Positions 1 to 12,074 of a stretch of 64,000 nucleotides of DNA are shown here, one piece after another; position 1 is the first letter of the stretch, and every line of letters begins with the position of its first letter. Source of the stretch: Salisapilia sapeloensis CBS 127946 (lineage: Eukaryota > Protista > Oomycota); NCBI GenBank assembly GCA_023334545.1, contig JAADVB010000081.1, positions 1-64,000 of the forward strand, given 5' to 3'. Under the pieces are notes generated by a model that worked only from the letters and a program-made list of their open reading frames with translations, ran no database searches and was not told where the DNA came from. The translations under genes were made by a program, and so were the position numbers.

Positions 1-455
1 AGAGCCAAGCCGCCAACACAACATCCTCGAGCGCAAAACCCAAGGTAGCGAGCTCGAGTCGACGACCAAACTTTTGTCTTTCAAACTCCCAATTTTGGCA
101 CCTATGAGTAGAGAATGCTCAAAAGTGTCTAGTGGACTGGTTTAGAGTGTCTAGAAGACGTTCCTTCATCTCTAAAAAGATCAAAGTAAGTCTACGACTG
201 CTCAAGGTACATCAAGTACTAGAAGCCTCGATCGCTGTCCGAGATTATCATGCATGTGCAGTCACGGTCACGAGATCATCGATAGTCGACAATTCTAGCA
301 AGGATAGGGACACAATGTGTAGTGATAGTTCCTACGTAGCTATTTAAACGTAAATAATGGGTTTAACATGCCTGATTACTTTAAATGTACATAACAAAAG
401 CACAATATCATGGACAAAAGAAGTGTATTTGCCTCTACGTTTCCTTGGTGGAAAT

Positions 456-1127
456 CTAGTTGTCCGCGACGATCCAAGAGTCGAGAGCGCGCTCGTAGTC
501 GTTGAGCTCCTCTTCCTTAAACCACATGCCGATTTCATGGGCAGCAGATTCCGGGCCGTCAGAGCCGTGGACCAAGTTGCGGCCCGTGGAAATGCAGTTG
601 TCGCCACGGAGCGTGCCAGGAGCGGCGTTGTTCGGGTTCGTCGCGCCGAGGATCTTGCGTCCCGTGAGAATGACATCAGTTCCCTCGAAGACGAGGCAAA
701 CGATCGGGCCGCTGGTGAAGTACTCGACAAGGCCATTGAAGAACGGCTTCTCCGACAGATCAGCGTAGTGCGCGCGAGCACGCGCCTCAGTAGGAGTCAT
801 CATCTTCATGGCGACGATCTTGTAGCCCTTGCGTTCGAAGCGAGCGATGACTTCGTTGACAAGGCCACGCTGGACACCATCCGGCTTCACAGCGATGAAC
901 GTACGCTCCTGAGACGTGCCGGCGACACCGGTGTAGGGTGACACTTTCTTAGCCTCAGCCTGAGCAACGGATCCGACGGCAATGCCAGCAGCCACGGCGG
1001 CCACCGCAAGCGTCGCCGTAGGGGCAGAGATCGAGGCAGTCGACACAGCACCCTTCTGGGCGTGGAAGGAACGGACACCAGCACGCTTGGCGGCAGATGC
1101 GACACGACGGGTAGCACGGGAAAACAT
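456..1127 (-). CDS. NDK: Nucleoside diphosphate kinase with N-terminal mitochondrial-type presequence
   Basis: RTFIAVKPDGVQRGL and GRNLVHGSD (catalytic His) motifs; Arg/Ser/Ala-rich N-terminal extension; intronless. Confidence 0.96.
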   Translation of the reverse strand: MFSRATRRVASAAKRAGVRSFHAQKGAVSTASISAPTATLAVAAVAAGIAVGSVAQAEAKKVSPYTGVAGTSQERTFIAVKPDGVQRGLVNEVIARFERKGYKIVAMKMMTPTEARARAHYADLSEKPFFNGLVEYFTSGPIVCLVFEGTDVILTGRKILGATNPNNAAPGTLRGDNCISTGRNLVHGSDGPESAAHEIGMWFKEEELNDYERALDSWIVADN

Positions 1128-1262
1128 ATTTGTTTGGTCTAGTAGACGAGTATCCTAAAATGAGATGTACATGTCCACAGAATATTATTATCCAATCCCA
1201 TCTGCTCCTTTTTTATTTATAACCAATGAAACAATGATTGTCAACCGCCAGACAACCAAATC

Positions 1263-1679
1263 ATGAGCAAGGAAGAGAAGGACGCGGAGCAGCACGAGTC
1301 GGACGAGGAGGAGGATCAGACCAAGGATCAAACGAAAAAGGATGAGAATAATGCGCTCCAGAAAATGACTGATGTCGTCGAAGAAAAGCAAATGGACGAG
1401 AACGCGATGAAAGAGGCGTTCCAAGCTCTTCAGAAGCAAGAGGCGGCTGATCGGGAGACCGAACGCAAGAGGTAGTGTGCACAGCTGGACGCAATATACT
1501 ATATTTAAGCGCTAAATTTGTCTGCAATTAGGGAAAAGCAGCTAGCGGCAGTTAAAGTTGACAAGGAGCACGTTGAGCTGATTGCTCGTGAAATGGAGCT
1601 CACGACGCAGCAGGCGGACCGGAAGCTTCGTGAAGCCGACGGAGATCCCGTACAGTGCCTCCAAGCTATGCTCGTCTAG
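1263..1679 (+). CDS. HYPK: Huntingtin-interacting protein K (HYPK) homolog, 2 exons
   Basis: Intron 1472-1531 (GTAG..TTAG) joins the charged N-terminus to EKQLAAVKVDKEHVELIAREMELTTQQADRKLREADGD, the HYPK UBA-like C-terminus. Confidence 0.88.
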
Positions 1680-1762
1680 AATAGTTACAACACCTTTGCA
1701 GTAATAAATCATGGACGATATAGCTTGTCTAGTTCACTACTCTCTTCCAGTTCCTATTCGCT

Positions 1763-3897
1763 TCATCCTTCCAGCTGCACTTTGCTTGGTTGGAAAGCCA
1801 TTAACTTCCTTGGATCCATCGCATACATCGGATTATTCTTCTTAGCGATAAAACCAAGTACAGAGGATAGTCGGTCGATCGTCAGACTCTCAACTCGCTC
1901 TTTATCAGCGGGAGCAAGTGTATCGTGGAATGCCTCCAACGCATGGTCTTCAAGTGCCTGTCGATACATGTCGTTCGACAGCTTCTCGAGAACATGCTCA
2001 AACGCACTTGTCTTTTGAAATCGTGGCAATGCATCTCGTGTCATCAGCTTTAGAATCTCCGTACAAGCTTCATCAAAGACATGGACACTTGGCACCGAAC
2101 TGTTTTGTACGTCGTAGAGAAGTCTCTTGCGTATCCAGTCGGGGAGATTAACCTCCGACTCCGATCCCTCCTTGATATACTGGCTTACAAGCACGTCTGC
2201 TGCGTGCTTTCGAAGGCCTATAGCGTCCTTTGCATCATCGTCGTCTATACTTCGATACTCCTCCACACCTTCACAAAATCTGAAGTTTTCATCACTATGT
2301 TCATCCTTCACGAATCGACAAAAGGCTTGCTTTAGCTTTGGTTGAGCGAACACGCTTTCTAAATCACACTTCGTCCCATCCCATGCGATCTTGGCGGTCG
2401 CGTAGGCTACAGGATACACACGAAACAATTCATTTAAAACGTCTTTAGGACAAGATAACACGACGGCAGCGGTACAAGCGACGATAGAGCCATCTTGTCC
2501 TAGTTGCAATCGGTCGAAAGTGAACTGACCAAAGTAGCATCCAGGTCCAAGCAGCACAGATTTGTTTCGACGATATCCGAATGCCTTTCGTCCTGTACGA
2601 ATGATCTCGAGCGAACCGTTAATGACAAGCATAAATCCTACTTCGTTCACACTGTTATGGTCTAGTACACAATCACCGATTCGGAACTTGTCTAAAAGCT
2701 CCATCTTCTGACTTAACTGTTTGATCCCGTCTTCCGGTATATCTGCCAGGAATAACAGTATACCGCTACGCAATGCTTTTATCACAAGTCTTTCCCGAAG
2801 GACAGCATAAATACTAGCTTTCACTTCTGGAACGTACTCCAAGAAGACGTGGAAAGCCTTCTTTTCAATTGTCAGTAGCATACAGCTTTCCAATGACGTA
2901 ATTGTCGCTGTTCGAGGCGTGTTGATCAATAGAGACATCTCGCCAAAGAAGGAGCCTGGTGTCAGTGTAGCTAAAGGAGCCTTAGCTTTCGAATTTGACG
3001 CTTTCAACCGTCCTGCTAGCGTCAAGTACATTTGATGACTAAATGCCTCGCCTTCCTGCACAATGACCATGCTAGGCGGATATACTCGAATCGTTGAGAG
3101 TTCTGTAAGTATACTGAGTTTCTCAGTCGGTATGGAAGAAAAGAACGGGATATTTCCCACAAGCTCCTGTACTTCACCACTCGTGATTGCGCTCAAGCAA
3201 GGCTCATTGTTACTCTTAAGCTTAATACGAAGGTAGCATACTGGACGTATAACCACTACACGGTCTGCATGCGCCGACTTCAATATAATCTCCTCGCCTC
3301 TCGTTTGGCACGAGTAGCGACACAAGATCTTGTCGGGCTTAAATACGAGTAGAATCTCCGTCGATAAAATACTCTCAGCAGTGTCGCAGTACGAATTGGG
3401 ATACATTTTCGATTGATCACTCCGCGTGACGGACATCATCTTAACAAACCTACTCGATCCATTCTCGGAGGCTACGCGCAACCGAATGGCTTTACTATTG
3501 CCTAGGTACAAATCAATACATCCGTCGTAGATAAATAGCATTGCTCCATTCTGCCGCCGAATCGACTTGTCTCCTTCCAGTTTATGCATTTGGGCATGAC
3601 GCACAATACTATCCTGAGTAGCTTCTTTAACAAGCTGTAGCAATATACTATTTTGATAAATACTGCTGATGGCATCCGCTCGACCAAGACTAAAGCTGCA
3701 TGCCCCACCCATGGTTAGCAAAATCGTGACGACGGATTCGTTATCTGTAGGCTTATCGAAACGATTATCAATATAGTAGTCTTGGACTTGTGCTGGTTTA
3801 AACGTTCTAGCCTGTGTCCATTTGAAATGGACTTATAGGTGACAAGAATAGTTCGTGCAAGTTGCGAAACCTCTGACATTATCGGCAAAAATAGCAT
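1763..3897 (-). CDS. Cyclic-nucleotide-binding domain(s) plus C-terminal RGS domain protein
   Basis: cNMP motif SFFGEMSLLINTPRTATIT, a second degenerate repeat (CYFGQF), and RGS motifs FVKDEHSDENFRF..EVNL..LMTRDALPRF; 5' exon inferred via intron 3812-3870, start ATG 3897 or 3879. Confidence 0.85.
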
Positions 3898-4036
3898 CTA
3901 GGAACGAGTACTTGGTAGCTGTATGAGGTGGCAGCGGTGCACATAGCTAAGAATAGTTTGTGGCATGCTAGAAAGTGGGCACTCCCACGGTGGAACGACT
4001 TTTTCATAGCTATCTAGGCTTCTACACAACGATAGT

Positions 4037-7000
4037 ATGACCTCGGCGTGCCATGCTGAAGAAACGTTAGATTACGAGGACGTAGCGAAGCATCGTCGTG
4101 GTGCGCTAACGCCGGAAGGAAAGGTTCGTAACTACCTTTTATGAATAAATAAGAGTAGATTTTATATCATGATTATAGAGCCTTGGTGTGGAACGAGCGT
4201 TGTGCTTTTTAACTCGGGAGAACCTACTTCGTAAGAGTTGCATCCTCCTTGCATCTTCGAAATACTTTGAATGGTTCATCATCTTTGCAATACTGTCCAA
4301 CTCGGTCTTGCTTGGAATCAGTGACTACAGTGTTGTAAAGGATGTAACAAGTCTCGAACCAGTAAGCAATGGAACCCGATTCGAGCATGACGAGCTAAAG
4401 ATAGTGTACTCGCTCGAAAATGACATTATAAGACACTCTGAGCTTCCTTTCACCGTCATCTTCACGATCGAGTGTCTCGTGAAGATCATTGCCATGGGTT
4501 TCGTTGGCCAAAGGGGAACATACCTTCGGGATCCGTGGAATATCCTTGATTTTGTCGTCGTCCTATCCAGGTAAAGTTTTTTTATATAAGTTGATATCGA
4601 GTGCTACCGAACTGATGTGATATAATCCTTTACAGCCTCGTCACACAGACACTTGATACACTGTATCCGAACATGCCGAACGTGTCTGCGATTCGGACCA
4701 TTCGAGTACTTCGGCCATTGCGCTCTCTATCCGTCATACCTGGCATGCGGCGGCTTATATCTGCTCTTTTGAAAGCATTACCAAAGCTCGCGAATGTCGT
4801 TGTTCTATTGCTCTTCGTATTCTTCATCTTTGGTGTCTTAGGCGTACAGCTCTTTAATGGAGGCTTGACACGACGCTGTCGATTGACGCCATACCCTGTA
4901 AAGATGCCTTATGACCCATCCGTGGGTGACTACGTGTGGCCAGCGCCGGAAGAGTATATAGTAACCGTACAGAACGATCCATCTCCACATATATGTCACG
5001 AAGAGTATGTTGATGTACCGAAAGATGATACCTTTATACACTATTACACGGAAGAGCGCATTTGGAATGAGCCACAGCCATGTTTCTGGCCGATCAACGA
5101 AGACGACACACTTCTTTGTGCTCCACCTGATGACTCTGGTAACCACAAATGCTACTCTGGTACGACATGTGGATCGGACTATGACTATCTTGGTAACCGG
5201 CGCTTTCAAAATGAACGCGTGATGGACTCTGCACTTCATTTGGAAGAATTGAATTGGGGGATCACGAACTTTGACAATATCGGCTCTGCTTCACTCACGA
5301 TTTTTCAATCCGTGACACAGGAAGGATGGACACAAGTGATGTACATGATCATGGACTCGTCTGAGCCTCTTATTGGCATCCTATTCTTTATCGTTTTGCT
5401 CTTCTTCGCTTCTTTCTTTGTCATGAACTTACTATTAGCTGTTATTTCCGAAGAGTTTAATCTAGATGAAGGCGCAGATCTTACCAAAGTTATTAACCAA
5501 GATACACGTAAGGAAGCGGAGCCAACGGCGTACAAAGCAACAGAAAAGGAGGAACTTTCATCGTCTGCATTGTACAAGTTTGTTTCGCATACATACTTCT
5601 CGAATTTCATCATGATCGTGATTCTACTGAACACCATGGTACTGATGATGGATTATCACGGAATATCAAGAGAGCTAGACAATGCCCTCGAGATGATCAA
5701 CTTTGTCTTCTCTATCATATTTATCTTCGAGATGGTAATAAAGCTACTGGGCCTAGGCCCGCGCAAGTATGTCCAGGACGCGTTTAACACCTTTGATGCT
5801 TTTGTCGTGATCATGGGAACGCTAGAAATGATTACTACGCCGCCTACATTTATAACAGGAGATACGGAGTCTACAAAGGCAGCAGTGTCCGCGCTCAGGT
5901 GTTTTCGTCTCTTTCGAGTCTTTAAACTCGCACGGAATTGGCGATCGTTACGAGAGCTGCTAGCAATGATTGCAAGAGCTGTGGCTAGTATCGCGAACTT
6001 TGCTGTGCTTCTTCTTCTCATGATCTACATCTATGCTCTAATCGGCCTCCAACTCTTTGCCAATACCTTGCACTTTGATGAACACGGGTACGTGATGAAA
6101 GTGGATCAAGGGATTGACTTTTGGCGTGGAGAGGTAAGCTACTACTTGTTGATTAAATGAGTCGTTGGAACTAAATATGTCATGATTGTGCATGACTGGT
6201 ATAGGTACCTCGCAACAACTTTGACAGTCTCTTGTGGTCCTGCCTAACTGTCTTTCAAGTTATTACGGGTGAAAATTGGAATACGATTATGTACGACGGA
6301 ATTAGAGCCAACGGTGCAGTTGCCGGTGCATACTTTATATCTCTGGTAGGACTTCTGATATTCCACTTTGCTTCCTCATGTTTTGATATGAAGGCTAACA
6401 GAGATAATTGACGTAGATCATCTTTGGAGACTTTATATTGATGAACTTGTTTCTCGCCTTGCTACTTGATAACTTTAGTGGGAATAATGAGAATGATGGA
6501 GAGAAAGAGGACAGAGAGGAAGGAATGAAGCAACTAGTGCAAAAGATGTCTACAATGAAAGTAGTTCCAGAATTTACACAGACTTTACGTCGATCATCTC
6601 GAATGCCAATACTAGCCTCTCGAACGAGTATGATATCATCCCTACATGGAATTGACGGGAAGATCGACGAGGGTGATAGTGGTGACGAAGACGCAGAATC
6701 AGTCGACCTCGATCAGTTGTCGAAAGACCTTGAGAACTATTCACGGTTACATTCAGCTAGTCTTGCTCGGCAATCTGTACGGTCCAATCGTTCGTTCAGG
6801 CACTCCGCCGAGGGTGATTTAGGTAGAAGCCGAAAGTCATCTTTTATTCCTTCCAGCGACAAGCCTGAAGAAGTTGATGAAGCGAAACCCAAAGACGAGG
6901 ATGATGCATTCTTTCCACTACCACCTCAAGGCAAGTCACTCCTTCTCTTTCCTGAAACAAACCGATGGAGACAAAAAGCCTTTCAGCTCATCTCTCACCC

Positions 7001-9496
7001 GTGGTTTGATTCCTTGGTACTCGTACTCATCATCTTCTCGTCCTTGGCATTGGCCGTGGACGATCCTATCGCGGACGAAATGGCGCCAAAAGCAATGATT
7101 TTGAAAAAGCTGGACCTTATCTTTAATGTCTTGTTTTTGATCGAAATGCTGCTGAAAGTCTTTGCACTGGGATTGGTGTGGCATAAAGATGCTTATCTGC
7201 GGAACTCGTGGAACATATTGGACTCCATCATCGTAATGTCATCTATGATCATGATGGCAGGTGATGGAAACAAGTTCAAGTTTTTACGGTCTCTTCGGAC
7301 ACTTCGGACGCTGCGACCTCTTCGAATGATCAGCCGTCGACCAGGTTTACGTCTAGTCGTCAACTCTTTAATCGAAGCGATACCGGCAGTCGTGAACGTG
7401 TCGTTTGTTTCGTTGCTAATCTTTCTCATCTTCAGTATAGTTGCCGTGACGTATTTGAAAGGGACGTACTATCGCTGTCAAGGCGATGTCTTCGAGTCCT
7501 TGACAGAGGAGCAGCAAGAGTTCTTGACGTTTCCAGTAGTGTGGACGAACATGACAATGCATCAACAGCAATGGTTTGATGGTAATGCATCTTGTATCGA
7601 GTTCAGCTCCAGTCCAAAAGCAAGAATCACATCGAGATATATATGCGAGTGCTTTGGAGCCGAGTGGGGGCCATCGCTTCTCGAGAATCAAAATTTTGAC
7701 AATGTCGGCTACGCGCTCATGACGTTCTTTGAGATTTCGACGACAGAGGGCTGGGCAGATGTGATGATGGCAGGAATGGATGCTACGGAAGTGGACATGC
7801 AGCCGATTGTAGACTACAACAAGCCCATGTCATTGTTCTTTGTCGCCTTCATTTTCATCGGAAGTTTCTTTGTCGTCAACCTTTTGGTAGGTGTGATCAT
7901 CGACAACTTTAATCGGATGAAGGCAGCATTAGGTGGAGACTTTTTATTAACACCAGAGCAGCGAAAGTGGATTGAAGCTCAGAGAGCTGCTTCTCGAGTT
8001 GGACCTGTACGTATATTAAAGCCGCCCAAGAATCCCGTTCGAAAGTATATATTCATGTTTGTCCGAAGTATCTACTTTGAATGGTTCATCATGGGATGTA
8101 TCATTGGCAATACGCTCTTGATGGCAACAATGTACTTTGGCGTATCATCCCTCCAACAGCTCTTGATGGATATTATAAACTACATCTTTGCCGCCATCTT
8201 CACGGTCGAAGCGATCCTAAAGCTATTTGCATTCGGATGGGCATACTTTGAAGATGCATGGAACAAGTTTGACTTTTTTGTCGTCTCAGGAACGCTCGTT
8301 AGTATCATCGTTGAACGCGTGACGGACACCTCCGTCCGGACACTCACAACGTTCGTACGTATATTTCGCGTCACTCGTATTCTACGACTCGTCAAGGCTT
8401 CCAAAAGCATTCGACAGATCATGCTGACGTTGTACATTGCCCTCCCAGGTCTTAGTAACATCGCATCCATCCTCTTTCTGCTCATTTTTATCTTCGCTAC
8501 GATGGGTGTCCAGCTCTTTGCCACCGTTGAGTTACATAACAACATTGATTCTCATGCAAACTTTCAAAACTTTGGCATGGCTACGTTATTCCTCCTGCGT
8601 GCAGCCACCGGTGAGTCTTGGAACAATTGCATGCACGACCTTGCCACGAGCACCCCAGACTGTGTAAATGAGTTCGTATACGACCCGAACTTGTGCGATT
8701 ACACCACGACGGAAGATTGTGTCCCATTAAAAGGGTGTGGTAACTTAAGCGCCTACGTCTACTTTTGCCTCTACACGCTCCTCGTGACATACGTGATGCT
8801 AAACCTGACTATCGCTGTCATTCTTGAAGGTTTCTCGTCTTCCCATGAAGACGATGAACCTCTGTTTGAACCAGAGCTTTTGGATGAGTTCCGAAAGAAA
8901 TGGGCTGAAATCGATCCTCGTGCAACTGGATTCGTGAGCGTGCTGAAGCTCAAGACGCTTATTAACATTCTGGAACCTCCGCTAGGAAGATATGGGACGC
9001 TACTAGATAAGCACGAGCTACTAAGCTACATGAGTATGAAGCATCAACTAGCTCCTAAGGCTCTAGATATGTACTAATATGTACTTTTTAAATATAGGTG
9101 ACTTGGATCTGCCGCTGTATGAAGGCGAGCGCGTCCTCTTCAAGGATGTGCTACTAGCCATGGCTCGAGAAATGGTGAAAGAGGTGCGTACACTTTTAGT
9201 CGTATAAAGCACGTGTTATCTTATATTCACTTTCGATCTATTAGGCAGTGTCAGGAGATCCGAATGCTATTGTGACAATGGCATCTCCACCAGATGAAGA
9301 GTTTGCGCACGAACGCATTGACTTTTTCGCCCACGAGTACTTTGCCGTCGTCGTCATGCAACGAAGTGTCGTGGACTGGTTACGGACAAAGAGACGATTA
9401 GAAAAGCAGTACATGGAAGAGTATAAGAACAAGATTAAGAAACCGAGTGGTCGACCGAAAAAGGTGCGGGATGCACGCGTGTACACAATTGCATAG
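4037..9496 (+). CDS. Four-domain voltage-gated Ca2+ channel alpha-1 subunit (EEEE filter), 7 exons
   Basis: Four S4 Arg-repeat helices; pore loops VTQEGW, ITGENW, STTEGW, ATGESW; EF-hand-like and IQ-like C-tail; introns 4124-4178, about 4571-4636, 6134-6204, 6346-6416, 9034-9097, 9184-9244 keep the frame. Confidence 0.95.
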
Positions 9497-9512
9497 ACAT
9501 CAACTCGTAGAA

Positions 9513-9530
9513 ATATATATATATATATAT
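9513..9530. repeat. (AT)9 microsatellite between convergent 3' ends
   Basis: atatatatatatatatat read directly. Confidence 0.9.
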
Positions 9531-9613
9531 TCCAAAAGAAGATTTCACTAGTGTTGTATCGGATGTTTGTGGTTTATTGATCCAAAACAGCGTTTGAAAT
9601 GGAGAATCTAGGT

Positions 9614-10154
9614 CTATCTACGTCGTCCTCGGTCTCGACCTCGTCCACTCCGGCGGCTGTCACTTGTACCTACATCAATGCGTTCATATTCATTCTCATC
9701 TATCATACACATGAAACGTACTTGGTTTAAATGCCCAGTTGACGCTAATCTTTTCACCCAAAATCTCTGTGCCATCCAGTCGAGCGATAGCATCCTTGGC
9801 CGCATCGAACTCCTCGAACTCGACGAGCGCATACCCTTTCACGAAACCTGTGCGCCGGTCTAGATTCAAATGCATGTTCTTCACAGGGGCATCTTCACCG
9901 AATGCATCCATCAAGTCATCCTGCTGTGCCTCTTCATGCACACCAGTGACGAAGAGAATCCAGCCTTCGATCGATTTAGCTGCGTCCTGTTTGTCCTCAT
10001 CCTTATAGTCGAGTTTTTCGAAAACCCCGCTGCTGCCACCATATCTCTCAGTATCCATAGCCGCTCGACGAGGACCCCGGCCTTTTACATTATTTCTAGG
10101 ACTCATAGAGTCGCTCGTATCATCCGAATATCGTCCTCCTCGCTCTACTTCCAT
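9614..10154 (-). CDS. RBM8A: Exon junction complex RRM protein Y14/RBM8A
   Basis: SIEGWILFVTGVHEEA..LNLDRRTGFVKGYALVEF signature, KGRG N-terminal motif, RG-rich tail after intron 9670-9721; start ATG 10154 inferred (10058 alternative). Confidence 0.95.
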
Positions 10155-10297
10155 TATTTTTTCTAATGTCGTGACTTGTTGCTCGAGGTCAAATGGTACC
10201 GTCTCTACATACAATTGACAAGTGTAAAGCGCACGCTTGCCAGTCGGAACGGTACGAGACTTGGCCAACGAGTACTCGGTCTCTATTCGACAAGACG

Positions 10298-11745
10298 ATG
10301 ATGACCGAGTCGGAGGAAACTCCATCACCCACCAGCAATGAACAGGAATCCAGGGACCACCATGAAGCAGTGGATGTAGCGGAAATGGAAGATAAACCAG
10401 AACCGAGTATAAATTCAAAGGAACGTCCTGCTCGACCGCAATTGACACTCGACACGGATCAGATAAGCCCCAGCGTAGGCAAGTCGAGGTTCCTAGAGTC
10501 GATGAATCTAGACTCTCCTACTGAATCCACTGTCATGGACGACGACGATGACGACATGTCCGAGTATGACGCCGAGACACCTCAGACGAAAAAGCTCCAA
10601 GGCCAGCATGATCAGAACTTTCGCGTCAATGGCATCATCGTCGACCATGAGGTCGTCGGAGGTGCTCGACCGAATTGGCAATACATGTACGAAGTCCTGT
10701 TCAAAAGCAGCACTCCATCCGGCCAACGTATCGCCGTCATCCTCCTCGTCTTCGTCTCCATGAGCGTCGTTGTTGGTATCTTTACCTTTTATATCTACGA
10801 GGCAACATATTCTCATCCTATCTCTACCTCATAGCTGTGCTGGATAGTGTCGAGGAAATACGGTATGCAGTCATATACTGGTATCTCTACGATCGCATCT
10901 AACCCCCTGCCTCTAGTTTCTACATTGGCGACATCTTACTCGTACTAGAGATCCTCTTCACGGCTTTCTTCTCCATCGAGTACCTCCTCCGACTCGTATG
11001 TCTCCAACGACCACTTGAATTTATCCTCAGCCTCCTCGGCTTTGTCGATATCTGTGCACTCGTGCCATCCTATCTAGGTCTACTCCTACCGACTGCAAGA
11101 CCTCTTCTCCATCTAGCTGTCTTACGTATCTTTCGCGTCATGCGAGTCTTTCGTGTCTTGCGCATGGCTCGATTCGTCGATGCCGCAGCGGCTTTAAACG
11201 ATAACATTCACGCCAACAAACGGCGTATCGTCGTCTTCCTCGTCGGTATGTTCAGTCTTATCCTCGTCATCGGCTGTGCCATGTACTTGATCGAAGGAGA
11301 CCGATACGAGTTCTCCAACATACCCATCAGTCTCTACTGGACTGTCGTCACCATCACGACCGTCGGGTATGGAGATATCTTTCCTCTTACGGTCATGGGA
11401 CGTATCCTAGCTACCATCGTCATGCTCGCGGGTTACGGCATCATCGCCTGCCCGCTCGTGTTGAACCAGTCGGCTGGTATCGATGCACTCACGGACATCA
11501 ATGAGTGTCCGCGATGCTACCGTCGACAGCATCAAGAAGACGCCAACTTCTGCCGTGTCTGCGGTGCAGCGCTACGACAGCCACAAGCCAAGACGATTCG
11601 TATGCGTCGAGAACGCGTTCGAATGGCCAAGCTGAGGCGAATGGCGCAACGTACACCATCCACCGCGCGATCGACAAGCCATCTCCTTCAAGACGACTTC
11701 AACTCGCCTCGATCCGACGCGCCATGCGATGCAAAGACTGCATGA
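10298..11745 (+). CDS. Voltage-gated K+ channel (prokaryote-type 6TM) with C-terminal CxxC-CxxC zinc ribbon, 3 exons
   Basis: TVGYGD filter, S4 LRIFRVMRVFRVLR, CPRC..CRVCG tail; introns 10776-10834 and 10863-10916. Confidence 0.92.
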
Positions 11746-11821
11746 CTTGCTTTTTGTATACGACTGCGTCCTCTCCACTTTAGACTACAAGACGACGTTT
11801 TTTCTTTTCTTTCTAGCCTTT

Positions 11822-12035
11822 TTATCTTTCAACTGTCAATGCATCCTTGTGACGTTTCACTTTGTCGAGCATGGGAAGCTACGGCCATGTCTAAACGTCA
11901 AGACGTTTCCTCTACTTGCCTACTCGACCGTACCTTCGCATTCGGTGCGTCGAGGGCGGTTTCAATCTCCAAGGGCCGTTTTACTTTGAAGTTGATGGCG
12001 GTTGAAGCGACGCAGGAGGGATGACCTGTGGTCAT
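11822..12035 (-). CDS. Possible small 2-exon hypothetical protein (about 52 aa)
   Basis: ATG 12035, GTACGG donor and CGTAG acceptor (55-nt intron) give an open frame to TAA; no recognisable domain. Confidence 0.3.
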
Positions 12036-12074
12036 GATGTGGAGGACGCTATATAGTTGTATACTAGAGACAAG

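Noticed and set aside
10155-10448. N-terminal extension of the Y14 ORF into the Kv gene
   Set aside because: GTG-started, overlaps the Kv CDS antisense, and precedes the conserved Y14 KGRG region
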